This document shows positions 50,256-63,945 of a stretch of 64,000 nt of DNA, in pieces; positions within the stretch are counted from its first letter, which is position 1, and each line of letters starts with the position of its first letter. Made by a program: the position numbers and the translations under genes. Below the pieces are notes generated by a model, which saw only the letters and a list, made by a program, of their open reading frames with translations, was not told the DNA's origin and did not search any database. Where the stretch lies: contig NC_042997.1 in NCBI RefSeq assembly GCF_006345805.1, positions 167,090,001 through 167,154,000 of the forward strand, read 5' to 3'. Origin of the DNA: Octopus sinensis. Taxonomy: Eukaryota.

Positions 50256-52037
50256 GAATATATACATAGAAGCATACACTCTCGTACATATATATACGCA
50301 TATAGATGTGAGTATGCATTCTTATGATCATTACATAATCTTCTGCTAGCACATTACTATGTGCATTTATGTACTGTGATATAGAATTTAATTTAATTTA
50401 TGACTGAATATATTCAGAAAGTAGTTAAAAATATATGTAGTTGCAATTTTCCCTGCCGTTGAAAACCCGACACGCTGCGCAAATTATAAAAAAATATATT
50501 TTTCCAAAATGCAGTATTATATACATTGTATATATTGTCAGTGAAAGTGGAAGAGAAAAAATATAATGTATTCACTTGCAAAATTATATTTGCACAATCT
50601 GAATTAACACTGTTAAAAACAGAAACCGTAAGCTGTTTCGATGAGGTAAAGATAATAAAAAGAGGTTAGATGTGGCGGCATGTTTTATGTATTGTCAGTC
50701 ATTTACTTATTCGTTTCAGCATAACAAGGAAGCCAAGCTAAATGTTTACATTTCCCATTTACTAGTCCGATTTTAATTTCGCTGCTTTGAAGTATTTTTA
50801 CCGTTCTTTTGCTCGTATCATCTCAGGAATGAAAACACGGTGTGTATAAAAAGATAGTATATTATTCTGTGAGCATGAATAACTAGTGACTTCGTTTTTT
50901 TCTTTCTACTATAGGCATATGACCTGAAATTTTATGAGAGTGGTGTATGCCATTTACATCGACTCAGTGCTCAAATGGTTCTCATTATATCGATTACGAA
51001 AGGATGACTTCAGGTGGAATTTGAACTCAAAGTGTGAAGCCGGAAGAAAAAAAACCTCTGAGCATTTCGCCTAACGATTCTGCCGTCTCGCCCTTCTCTT
51101 TGGTAACGGAAACTATAACATAATTATGATAGAAATACCATCTCTGGGAAAGATCGTTCTAGTTAGATTTTATAAGCGAAGTTTAAATTAACATATCATC
51201 TTTGCTTGGAACTGGCCCGCTATATTTGCCGATCTACTTGAAATACACAAGGCGAATATTCGCTTACAAAAACTTTTTAAAAGAATGTTCTTTCTTATGA
51301 CACGAAGAATTATTCTGTTGAAGAAAGAGAACATAATTCTATTGGTCGCATTTTTACATCAAATCTGACAATTTGATGTGTTAGAAAACTGTTCTATTGT
51401 GATTCCTCTTCGCTCGAGAGAATGCTTTGAAAATACTTCAAGTTTTTTCGTATTGCTATTTATATAGCTCTTCCTTATGACACAGAGAATTAAAACAAAA
51501 GTATTTTCTCGCTCGACGGGAGAGCTATTTTGCCTAGTGAGCAAGAATGATCCCTAAAGTGATACTGAAATTGGTATTTTGGAGGCATGCTGTGGTTATT
51601 TATTTTTGTTTCGTATTTAATCCAGCTACTGAAAAAATATTGTTCAGACATGAAAATTGGTTGATATATTGCTCTTTAAAATATACGGGTAGAAAGCAAA
51701 ATTATATTGATATAAAAAGAGCTAGTTACCGGACTCTCTTTCTCATTTTCTCACACAAGCTTCCTCCCCTTCACTTTCCTTTTCTTTTCCTTCGCGCCCT
51801 CCCTCTCTCTCTACATACATATACACCTACCCATTTAAAACACACACAAACATAGACACACCCGTACATATGCACGTACACACACATATGTATATTCTAG
51901 GTGTATAAAAGGTGAAATACATGGTCAAGTAAAAGTGTTAAACATTTTAATTTGGTAAATTATATAAGTTAAATGCTAAAGACATTTCTGAACGATATGC
52001 GCGCACGCACACACACACACAATATATATATATATGT

Positions 52038-52076
<39 letters not shown>

Positions 52077-52125
52077 CAAAATGAGTGATAGATAGATAGA
52101 GAGAGAGAGAGATAGATAGATAGAT

Positions 52126-52217
<92 letters not shown>

Positions 52218-52467
52218 CGTGGTAGATGAATATATACACCTGTTGGTAGATGATGAACTACTTGTTGATGAGTTTAATGTGGTATAGTATATCACATAAA
52301 AGGATTTGGAAAGGCAGGTGGAAACGGCTGGCGGATTATACCTTGAAGCTGACCAAGCGGGTTCACGTAAATATTTCCAAAACAAGGTACTCGGAAGCAA
52401 TATAGAATAGTGTAGATACTTCTGACCAGTTACTCAAATAGATGCCGAAAGTAAAGGCGAAATAAAA

Positions 52468-52682
52468 TTGGGTTGGTGCATAATTATTGCAGCTTTTTTT
52501 CAACAAATTTTATTCAACAAAAACAATAACAATATTTAACAAAATGGGAAGCAGTAATTGAAGTAGATGGTGAATATGCTCCGGAATAATCATTTAAAGA
52601 TCTTTTTTGTTACATGTTGCTATTGTTTTATGTTGAATGAAATTTGTTGAAAAAAAGCCGCAATAATTATGCACCAACCCAA
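52468..52682 (+). mobile_element. mariner-derived MITE
   Basis: ~40-bp TIRs ttgggttggtgcataattattgc.gcttttttt caacaaattt; keeps KWEAVIEVDGEYAPE*; TA on the right. Confidence 0.9.
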
Positions 52683-52739
52683 TATATATACGTGCACGCG
52701 CGCACACACACACACGCACACATATATGTATATATATAA

Positions 52740-53062
52740 CTGGCACTCCGTCGGTTACGACGACAAGGGTTCCAGTTGACCGATCAACGGAACAGCCTGT
52801 TATTGAAATTAACGTGCACTCCTCAGAGCTGAGCACTCCGCAGACACGTGTACCCCTAATGTAGTTCTCAGGGAGATTTAGCGTGACACAGAATGTGACA
52901 AGGCTGGCCCTTTGAAATACAGGTACTACTCATTTTTGCCAGTTGAGTGGACTGGAGCAACATGAAATAAAATGTCTTGCTCAAACAAGGACACAGCGTA
53001 TCAGCGAGACTTGAACTCACGACTTTACAATCGTGAGTTCAATTCCCTAACCACTAAGGCAA
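52740..53062 (-). mobile_element. tRNA-derived SINE
   Basis: Minus head gaaggcgcttgccttagtggttaggg...gagttcaagtctc, related to the 15433 head but with a different body; a head-only relative lies at 49195-49310. Confidence 0.75.
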
Positions 53063-53391
53063 GCGCCTTCACACACACACACACACACACACTTACATAC
53101 ACTCAGACACACTATATATGTATGTGTGAAGAAGAAGAAGAAGAAGAAGAAGAAGAAGAAGAAGAAGAAGAAGAAGAAGAAGAAGAAGAAGAAGAAGAAG
53201 AAGAAGAACATTATCGCTGTGAAAATAACATCCATTCATGAATTTATTTATTTATTTAAAAAATTTTTTAAATACATATTTTACCTGTGAATTTGCGTGT
53301 GTAATCTGGGAATGCATACAATGAGCTTTTCCGCCCTAGGTGTACGGAAAACACTCGGCGAGAAAAGGAAGAAAATTTGAACAAAGAAGGA

Positions 53392-53443
<52 letters not shown>

Positions 53444-53457
53444 TAATAATAATAATA

Positions 53458-53913
53458 ATGACTGTCCCAATCGATATAAACGTATCTATCAAGACCTACC
53501 AAAAACTGAGCAAATATAAAGATCTTGAAATAGAAATCAGCAAAATGTGGAACCTGAAGACTAAAACAATACCTGTTGTCATAGGTGCCCTGGGAATGAT
53601 AGCGGAAGGTGCTGATTGCTACCTAACTCAGATACCAGAAAACCCCAAAATGGCAGAAATTCAAAAGATAGTGCTCATGGGAACTGCTCATATCCTACGC
53701 AAAATACTCTCTATGTAATCTCAAGGTTTAAAACAAAATTTTAAAAAAAATTTATTTATTAGACATTCACTAGTACAACACCAAAAAAAGAAAAACGAAA
53801 TATATGGCACACTAGGCATAACAACAACGTGAACTTCCAACCTGTTGTCTCTTGAGGTCTCTAGGTAAGACTTGGAGCCAACTTGTACAAACATAAAGCA
53901 AAAGTCAAACATA

Positions 53914-53915
<2 letters not shown>
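53458..53915 (+). mobile_element. R4/Dong-like RLE LINE 3' end between two (TAA)n tracts
   Basis: MTVPIDINVSIKTYQKLSKYKDLEIEISKMWNLKTKTIPVVIGALG...IQKIVLMGTAHILRKILSM*, 3' UTR, (TAA)n on both sides. Confidence 0.9.
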
Positions 53916-53979
<64 letters not shown>

Positions 53980-55805
53980 GTCAGGGTACGATAGGTACCT
54001 GTTTGCTTGAAAGAAGAGTTAAAACCCTCGAAAACAACGCATCTCTCACTATATGTAAACACGCACGGAGAATAAAGCAAATATATTTCTCCGAAGCAGT
54101 CCTCCCACTTGTAAGATACATATAGTAAAATACAAATAAGATCATAGACATCCTAGTATCAATTTATTTCGTTTTCTGTGTTAAACCAACGCTTAAAGCT
54201 CATCAGCCAGACTACATAAATTATTTATTCATTCTAATGATTTAAGAAATAGAGCATTGTAAAATATATAATTGACTGAAATAAATGCTGGGATTTATAT
54301 GCTCGACTAATGACCTCTGATGGCAGTGCTCCAGTATGGTCACATTCCAATGCCCGAAAGCAGTAAAAATGCGTAAATACAACAAAAGAAAAAGAATACA
54401 AATGTTTATGTGCATGTGTTTGTGTGTGGGCGTGTGCATGCCTGCATGTGTGTACACGTGAGATTTCAACTGAAGATTATAACAATATACTGTAATGGAT
54501 AAAAGTTAAGTAGTAACAAGTAAGACTGATATTAATATTTGTTTGGATAAATTCTCGTGTGACTTACAAAAATAAAGAGCAATTATTCCACTAATTTTTA
54601 CAACTGATCTGTCGGTTTGTCCTAAAGCTTGGTATCCCGTTTCTTACTAGCAAACAAATATACTGAGTAAGGACGAAATGATGAAGTATCTTATATATAA
54701 ACGATGTATAAACTATGACATTAATAAACTTCTGATATATTCTTTGGATTGTTTTATATTTTCAATATGAGAGTTGGTAGTTGTGCTTATAAGAACATAC
54801 GTATTAGTCGTGATAGATAGATGGATGTAGGTAGAGGTGGTAGATTTCATTTCAGTATAATATAGGGATTTCTGTTGGTTTTCCCTTTAATTTTGTGTGC
54901 GTACGTACGCCCGCACGTGTGTATGTGTGTGTGTTTAATTTGCGTTCCAATTTACGTAAGCCATTCGTTTTCGGACAGACGACAATACTAACATTTCACA
55001 CCAAACAAAATAAACATAAACTGAATAAAGTGCTGCATATTATATACATTACAACAAAGCAAATATTTTTTCTTGCTTTAATCGGTGTGTTGTTTCGTAC
55101 CACAGGATTGTTCTGGCCTAGATTTCAGTAGTGAATATTATATGGCATTTTTCGTTTTAAATATAGTTTTTGTTTATTTGAACATTTGAACATCAGAATG
55201 TTTCTTATCATATCGTTGGCTGAATGGGTCTTAAAATCTAAATATTATACTGTTACGAAAGACCGTTTTTTCAATCATCTACTGACATAAAATTGCTAAC
55301 ACTCACACAGTAAAGAGCAATATTTCTTTTAGTCAACTAGACTGATGTCACTAGAAATAAAAAGAAAAAGCAAGCCTTGTGAATATGGGTAACCGATTAC
55401 TGGAGAACTCATTGTGTTCAATGTTTTGAGACACATTACCAATGCGGTAATAACTTAGGGGAAGGAAAGTACTTTCTTCGAACTCTTCAGTGGTTATTAA
55501 TTAAATGATCTGAATGGAAAACGATGGTTGAAAAGGTCGCTAACGAAATCAAAATGCTTCATGAATGCAGGCTTGGCTATGCGGTAAAGTGGTTCGTTTC
55601 GCAACCACTGTTTCTTGTATTGGATACCATAGCGCGATAGCTTGTACAAGTGTCTTTCTTCTCCTACACCCACGAGTTAAACAATAATTTAAGAAAGAAA
55701 TTCAATTGATAGAAAGAGTGAGCAAACTTGGCATTTTTAAATATATACTTACAGACACACACATATCTATACGTCTATATCTATCTATATACATGCATAC
55801 ATACA

Positions 55806-55850
<45 letters not shown>

Positions 55851-55874
55851 TATATATATAATATATATATATAC

Positions 55875-55920
<46 letters not shown>

Positions 55921-55946
55921 TATATATAAAGAGAGAGAGAGAGATA

Positions 55947-55986
<40 letters not shown>

Positions 55987-56026
55987 ATACATATATACAT
56001 ACAAAATATTTGTTTTTATTTATGTA

Positions 56027-56093
<67 letters not shown>

Positions 56094-56129
56094 GTATAAT
56101 GAGATCCGTCAGAAAGAAAACCCCGAGAC

Positions 56130-56575
56130 AAAGAAATAAGAACCTACAGTATGGTAAGATCTATAGCCACTCACAATAAAAAGAAGTACTGGTGGAATGT
56201 CATAGTGAAAACCTCAATAAAATGTACGGTAAATTGACGACATAGTAATTTGGGATACAGAAGATAAACAGTTGCGAAAATCAGCTTCCCAGCGGATTTT
56301 CACATATAGTTAATGATGAGCGAAAAAGAAAATTCCTACGCTGATCTAATGCGGTATCTACAGGTACTCTATCCAAATTACAAATTCAAGTTTATACCTG
56401 TAATTATTAGGGCACTGGGTTATGTAACATACTGTCTGAATATCAATCTTGAGAAATTAGGCTTCTCAAATCCAGAAAGGAGAAAGCCGATTCGGGGACT
56501 ACAAATCGAAGTCAGCACTGGAACTGTAAAAATGTGTAAAATGTGTAAAATTGCGATATAACATAAATATAACAA
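56130..56575 (+). mobile_element. RLE LINE C-terminal fragment (second family)
   Basis: DIVIWDTEDK, ISFPAD, KENSYADLMRYLQVLYPNYKFKFIPVIIRALG. Confidence 0.75.
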
Positions 56576-57817
56576 CAGCACTTACTGAGACATACAGTCT
56601 TTCGAGGGAAAAATTTGGCAAAAGTTTTTTTTTTTTCGTAAGTTTGTATGCATATAAGATAATTGAACTAGATAAAAATATACGTTTGCAATAGTTGAAC
56701 CTTTGAATACGGCACAGAAAATAAGACAGTAGCTTAAAAATGAAAAGAAAAAAAAAACAGATCAGTATCATACAGAAAGATGAGACAATGATAACAGGCT
56801 CAGCTATTAAGTGAACAATATAATTTCTTGTGTGCATGCAGTCTAACCGTTTGAAATATGTTGAATATTCTACGATGTTAAAGGGTTTTCTAAAGAGTTA
56901 AAAGTTAAACTGGAGTGTGACTTCGTTTCTGACAGAGATGTCATCATTTATGATGGAGTACGTAACTATAAACTATGCTTCTCAATAAGACTAAGTATGT
57001 GACTCTTAAATTTTATTTCATTGCTTTCACATAGCGTATTATTTGAGGTTAAATGTATGGTTAAATGGGGGCAAGGGACAAAGCACAAAGTCGCATTTGG
57101 TTCGTAGAGTCTTAAAAGAATTTTAAATACTTGGTAAAGCTTTGCCTTACAAGTGAATAAAATATTACAGCAAATGAGGCGGGACAGAAACTTACACGAT
57201 ATGTTTTGTTTATATATAAACTTGTTTGCTGTTTTTCATTGTATATCATGCAGTTGTACTAGATAAATACATACGAAACTGCATTCAGTTTATACATGTT
57301 ATGATATATATCTATCTTAGTCATAAGTCTGTCACGAGACTACAAAATCATTACGCCAGGGTTTGTCCCGGGTTCCAGGTCATATAAATGACCGACAGTA
57401 CACAACATTCATCTTTGAACGTGACGACAGTCCGTTATAGAGATAAACTTGCAAATGTTTCTGGTATTCATTTTCATCTAAGTAGAGTGGAATAACGTAA
57501 AATAAGTGTTTTGCTCAATAACACAATGTTGTTTACAGAGAATTGTTTACTTGTACTGCATCGGCAACTGAATAAGCAGGAAACAGTAATAATGACACAA
57601 ATGAAATTAATAATTTACTAATATATGTTATATTAACATGTGATTGATATATTTGGTAGCAAAATACATACTGCATGAAATTCCACACAAATATATGTGA
57701 TTGATTATAGGAACTATCTTCATAACGCAATACAATGTCGAAATTAACACACCAACATACACATAAACAATTACCAGGTAGCTACTGATATATTGGTATA
57801 TATATATATATATATAA

Positions 57818-57905
<88 letters not shown>

Positions 57906-57916
57906 GCATACATGTG

Positions 57917-57954
<38 letters not shown>

Positions 57955-58033
57955 TAATAATTATCATTATTATCATGATTACGATTACTACTACTACTAC
58001 TACTACTACTATTACTACTACTACTGCTACTAC

Positions 58034-58090
<57 letters not shown>

Positions 58091-58179
58091 CGAGTTAGGG
58101 AATCCTTAATCTGACGAGTAAATAACAACATGGCCGCCCAAACTAAAGATCGTTAGCGAGATAACACTTTACCTATGGA

Positions 58180-58285
58180 TGTACCTGATGTGACTCAGAT
58201 CGCAAAATGGATGCAACACAACATGTTTCACGGAGTCTCACCCATAAGGAATAGTAGCAGGATGTGCCGAAACGATCGTCGTACA
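58180..58285 (+). ncRNA. Hammerhead-like motif with 77-nt stem II insert (A9U)
   Basis: UGUAC-CUGAUGU-...(77 nt)...GCC-GAA-AC(GAUC)GU-C/GUACA: 5-bp stem I, palindromic ACGAUCGU, GUC site. Confidence 0.6.
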
Positions 58286-58513
58286 AAGACTAATACCAAA
58301 TCCATCTTCTGGTTGCTTAATCAATTATTATTATCGCAACTAACACTGCGGAAATTCTGGAGTAAATCCAACGGAAATATACCCCGACTGCGTATAACAC
58401 CAGGTAGCCCAAACCGTGCCAGTGCTCTACTCAACACTTCAACACATATATACCCATTAGTTCAAAATATTACGCACGCACACACACACACACAAACACA
58501 CAAACACACAAAC

Positions 58514-58564
<51 letters not shown>

Positions 58565-58724
58565 CACACCACACACACACACACACGTGTATAAATATAT
58601 ATATATATGTATCTGTGTGTGTATACAGAGCAAATAATTCAAGAGAAAGTATTTGCGAAGATATTACTGAGTCTGTTATTATCTAGTGTAACAATTAAAA
58701 ATGATAATAACAGAATCAATAGCA

Positions 58725-58878
58725 TATACGATTGCAGGTCCTAAATTAATCAAAGGATATACTAAGTATGTCTATCTGTTGGAAATAACAGTCAAAACTC
58801 TTATTTAAATCGCTGAAAAAAACTGATCATAACTACCGAAATAAACCGTCTGCGAGCAAACAAGTTCAGACAATCTCT

Positions 58879-58921
<43 letters not shown>

Positions 58922-59170
58922 ATATATAAGTATGTGAATGAATTATCCTAGTATTGATAATTCGGTTAATCGATACCTGGTAGCAAATTCACGTCAGAAA
59001 ACATGGTTGAAGCTACATGCCAAGGGTAGAAACCCAGTGTGCTTGTGTGGTAATTTGTGTATTATTTAAAATGAATAAAAGAATGGAGTCGAACGAAGAT
59101 TTTAACACAATTCCTTTACTTTCAACACATGTTTCGAAGACTGCATATTCTTAATTAGTCTTAAAATTGT
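58725..59170 (-). mobile_element. PLE-type tail element (modules A then B); only the 3' half of the hammerhead is kept
   Basis: Homologous to 44830-45560 with module order swapped; AAGACU/AGUCUU-C-GAAACAUGUG at 59121-59165 lacks CUGANGA. Confidence 0.6.
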
Positions 59171-59512
59171 GTTAAAATGACGGAAACGAGTAAGTGGCGG
59201 GAAGCAAGAGGTAGCAGGTGTTTGTAGACGTAGTGCGCCATGGTTAGACGAAAAGAGAAAGAAAAAAGAAAGCTCCCATATTTGAAAACGTTGAGTAGAT
59301 AAGAAGGGAAAAGGAAATGCAGCAAGGTAACGCTATACTGATACACAAGCGTGCGCCTACATATAATATACATGTAGATTATTGGTCTCGCCCTAAATAT
59401 CATAACTTAATGTTAACTGTCTGTCGACCGATATGATATAAAAAACATGCCTGCAATCAAATAAGAATATGTTACTTGAGGTCATATCTTCGTTCGACTC
59501 CATTCTTTTATT

Positions 59513-59570
<58 letters not shown>

Positions 59571-59702
59571 GCTAACGAGCAAAATCTGACCATACGTGAC
59601 TGCCGATACATAATATCAACAGTCAAAAACTTGGAAGGAAAGTCTACACGAATGCAGCCGTTATATAGGAAACAGACACAAACTCCAAGAGTAAGTTAAT
59701 CT

Positions 59703-60882
59703 TTATATATATAAAACTGAAAATGTCTGTCTGTCTGCCTGTCTGTGTGTTTCCCTAAAACTTGAGAACTACACAACCAATTTCATTCAAATTTTACACA
59801 TGCCTTACTTAGGGTCCGGGGAGTGTCATCGGCAAAAAGTTTTTTAACTTTTTGCCTAGGGCGAGCCCACAGCAATATCTTATCTTCTCCACTACGATTC
59901 CCTAAAACTTGAGAACTATACAACCAATTTCATTCAAATTTTACACATGCCTTACTTAGGGTCCATGTAGTTTCATGGGCCACAAAAAAATGTTCAACTT
60001 CTTGCCTAGAGCGAGCCCATAGCAATATCATATCTTCTCCACTATTTCAGTATTACGTGTTAAAAGTGAAACAAAAATATTTCTCTATTTTATGTCAGAT
60101 ACTTTCACTTTAATAATAAAAATAATAATAACAATTGAATTATATATAGTAAGTAATAATTAAAATCAAACTAAAGTATAACATAATCGTAACATAAAAA
60201 AAGTAAAAATAGCAATTGGTATAAAATTGCATCAATGACTTGAAGTTGAATAAGTGGTTTCACATGAATGGGAATAAATCAAAAATAAAATTAGCGTGCA
60301 GAAATGGAATAGTCCAGATGGATAATAAAAAATTAAATTAAAGAAAAGACTATTGTCTATAAAATATACAATGTAGATAAAAAAGAAGATTTGAACACAT
60401 GGAGGAAAGCACCTTCGAAAAGTGTCTTGGTGCGACTATGAAAGATATCTAATCAGAGGCGGTAAATTCGCCACAATAGAAGCAAGGTTCGAGTCAACGG
60501 AGCGTGCAAGGGAGTACTCGACTCGAACTTGCAAAGTGGAAATATTTTACTTTTACCGTTATATCTGGGGCGTAGGACGTCCCGGAAAAAAATTTTAAAT
60601 GCCCCCCTCCCCCCCTAAAAAAATAGAGGTAGGCTGGATTGTAGCCACACTTCTATACAAGAGGGAGGACAAGATACAATTGATCGAAATTACAAGCGAC
60701 GGGCTAAAAATTCCAGTCTATTATATATTTTGAGTATTGTTATCACTAGCGATATCAAGATATAACTTTGTATTTTGTATTTTATGTGTAGATGTATATA
60801 TATATAGATGTACATGTAATATGTACACATATATGCATGCACTAGCATTATGACCCGGCAACGACGGGTCTTTAATGCTAGT
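59703..60882 (+). mobile_element. Non-autonomous Helitron-like element with internal ~142-bp tandem duplication
   Basis: 5' (t)ctttatatatataaaactg...tgtctgtctgtc; direct repeats 59752-59893 / 59899-60045; 3' GC hairpin plus CTAGT. Right boundary is ambiguous (60720 or 60882). Confidence 0.65.
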
Positions 60883-61342
60883 TTCTTAATAATGTAACTG
60901 TGAAAATGTAGAAACGACGGAGATAGATTTGGGAAGAATATTGTTCCAAATAAAATATAAATAAAACGTGAGCATAGTTGTGTATTTAATAACACATGAT
61001 ACATAAAAGAATAGCAATTTGCCATATATGTATATATATACGTACATATATCTACATGTACATACAGATATGTATATACATATGTGTGTGTGTATATATA
61101 TATGTGTGTGTGTTTGTGTGTATACATATATACATATATATATAAGACAGGCTTCTTTCAGTTACCGTCTACTAAATCCACTCATAAAGCTTTAGTCGGC
61201 CCGAGGTTATAGTAGACACTTGTCGATAGTGTCACGAGGTCGCACTGAATTGGGAACTATGTAGGTGAGAAGCAAGTTTCTTACCACAAAGCCACTCCTA
61301 TAAACATACGTAGAATGAAAGAATGAGAGACACGAAGTAGAA

Positions 61343-61425
<83 letters not shown>

Positions 61426-61655
61426 GATAAAGGGAGGGAGCAAGAGAGAAAAAGAAGTTAAACAACTTGGAAAAACTCGAAATCATTCATTTTTTCACAA
61501 TGAAAGCTTCAACAAAATGAAAATTATTCACAGCTATTAGTACTCCGTAAGCACAATAAAGCATGTTTTTTTTTATTAGTTATCAATCAACTCAATATTA
61601 GCAAGAATATATATATATATATATATATATATACAAACACACACATACACACATA

Positions 61656-62173
61656 CCGTAAATCCTCGAGTATAGTCTGCCCTTGAGTATAATACGCAGG
61701 ACATTTTTAGGGGCTGTACCTCTGAAAAACCTAAACCTTGTGTATAATACGCACCCCTTCTCTAACTTGAGTCGTGTGTAATTAAACCAGCAGCACCTAG
61801 TCGAACAAACACTTCCGCGCATGCGTATACAATAATGGCGACGTTCTTAACTGTTATATGAGAATGTAAATATATTTGCAAATTGTTTTTATTACATGTT
61901 ATTCTGTGTTCTGAATACTTTTATTTTAATAAATGTTGCTTACTGCAAGTTATGGATGATTCTTTTATGACTTCATTGCTTTCAGGCTTAGCTTGAGGTA
62001 TTTTCACGCCCGACATCACAAAATGCGTCTGAATAAACATTGCCGGACAGCAAATAGATATTCGGACATTGCTTAGAAAATATTTTTCATTTTTTGCCTC
62101 GTATATAGTACGCACTAGGGATTTTGATCTTTAAATTTTGGGGGAAAATTCGGATTATACTCGAGGATTTACA

Positions 62174-62174
<1 letters not shown>
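61656..62174. mobile_element. pogo/Tigger-like MITE
   Basis: TIRs ccgtaaatcctcgagtata / tatactcgaggatttacag, TA on both sides. Confidence 0.9.
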
Positions 62175-62220
<46 letters not shown>

Positions 62221-62225
62221 TCCTA

Positions 62226-62253
62226 TTTCTGAAGAAGAGCTCGAAACGTAAAA
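62226..62253 (+). ncRNA. Ultra-minimal hammerhead-like motif in a PLE-type tail (62215-62350)
   Basis: UUU-CUGAAGA-A-GAGCUC-GAAACGUA-AAA; intact core, stems II and III are loopless palindromes. Confidence 0.5.
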
Positions 62254-62369
62254 CATCCTTTCTTTCCTTCCCTGGGCGTCTTATTAATATATTGCATGTA
62301 CCACGTCCACCCGCTGTTTTTTCATACTGTGTTTTTTCTCTCCGTTTTTGCGATTAACTATATACATGC

Positions 62370-62403
<34 letters not shown>

Positions 62404-63326
62404 TTGTGTTTGTGTGTGCGTGTGTATGTATGTATGTATGTATGTGTGTATGTGTGTATATATATTAATTTTAGTGATGCGTTACCACCTTGGTGGAGAA
62501 GAAGAGGAAAACGATGTTGTGTTAGCTGATTGTGTGCTATGTCCCATTTTGTGTTTCGTGTTAGGAGATTTTTGATTATGGGTTCTTCTGTTCTATAACT
62601 GATATGCACTCATATAATGCACTTTGTTTATGATATGTGTATTTTTGATAGGAAATTATATAATGTATTTGTTGCATTGTGTCTCTGTTTATATTTATCA
62701 GTTGCCTGGTCGATTGATTTGTTTAAATATCCGTTATTAATTAGCACTTACTGTAATCTGTGTGGTCTTAAGGGCATAGCAGAGGGGTGAAGCAATTTCT
62801 GTCACAATCACAAAGCCACGTGTTCGATCCTACTGAGTGGCACCAAGGTCATCGATATCTTCTTCGTGTGTAAAATTGGGAATAAGAAAACTGCTTCGAA
62901 GACCACCATATACACTTTATCAAAGTATCAGCCTTGTCATACACTGACACATTCATTGTCACCAGGAAGTAAGCTAGGTTAACTCAAGGTAACAATCTAT
63001 ATCTGCGGTATTCTATATCTACGGTATTGAATGCTAATTCAATGAAAAATTCTTCGCTTGATCGAAAAATCGGTATACTTATTTCCAAAATTGATACTGT
63101 TACATTTTTGACACTCTTATAAGCTAATGTTGATTCAGTAAATTGACACCATATGTCGAACTCTAACTGAATACTGTGTGTACGTGTTGATTTGATGTTC
63201 TACAAATAAAAGCTAACGTCAACCAGAAGCCGATATTGTGGAAACAGTTATGTAATTTTATGTTCAGTTTTCATTAATTTCTACATGATCGTGTATTGAG
63301 AAAATATAATTGAGAAAACTATATAG

Positions 63327-63366
<40 letters not shown>

Positions 63367-63483
63367 CTATGTATCTATCTATGTATCTATCTATCTATCT
63401 ATCTATCTATATTATATATATATATATATATTGCATATACATATGTATATATGTATATGTATATATTGTGTGTATTTACATAT

Positions 63484-63539
<56 letters not shown>

Positions 63540-63565
63540 GTATATATATGTATATATATATATAT

Positions 63566-63945
63566 ACTAGCAGTATCGCCCGGCGTTACTCGGTTTGTTT
63601 CGACCCTTTAGAATTGGAATTTTTGAAAAGTAAAAAGTTTGCATTATGTAGCTTGTTATTCTCTTTAAGTGAACATTTTTCTGGTTGAAATACACCAAAA
63701 AATGGCGACGCAGCTGTCAAAAGGTCGATAAAAAGGTCGATACATTTTCATAGGAAAAAAGCACCTTTTTGATGTAAATAATTTTTGGTGTTAACATGGC
63801 CCGATTTGAGTTTTTTCTTCTACGGAAGGAAGAGCAAGCTTCTATCATACTTGGTCAACTTGCGCCGCAAAGTCTCGAAGGGGATAGTGTTATTTGAAGG
63901 CTACTAAACCTGCCATACACAGACAACTCCAGCTTTATATATATA
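63566..63945 (-). mobile_element. Non-autonomous Helitron-like element
   Basis: Minus strand starts tatatatataaagctggagttgtctgtg and ends ccgagtaacgccgggcgatactgCTAGT. Confidence 0.75.

Noticed and set aside
54185-54212. Minus-strand CUGAUGA-GCU(UUA)AGC-G
   Set aside because: GAAA, stem III and stem I are absent.
55460-55495. Minus-strand CUGAAGA…GAAAGUACUU
   Set aside because: Stem II is not closed and stem I does not pair; likely chance.
62752-62766. Minus-strand 15-nt microexon-like site with GTAAGT donor
   Set aside because: Its pyrimidine tract is the antisense of a decayed SINE head, so it is likely a cryptic match.
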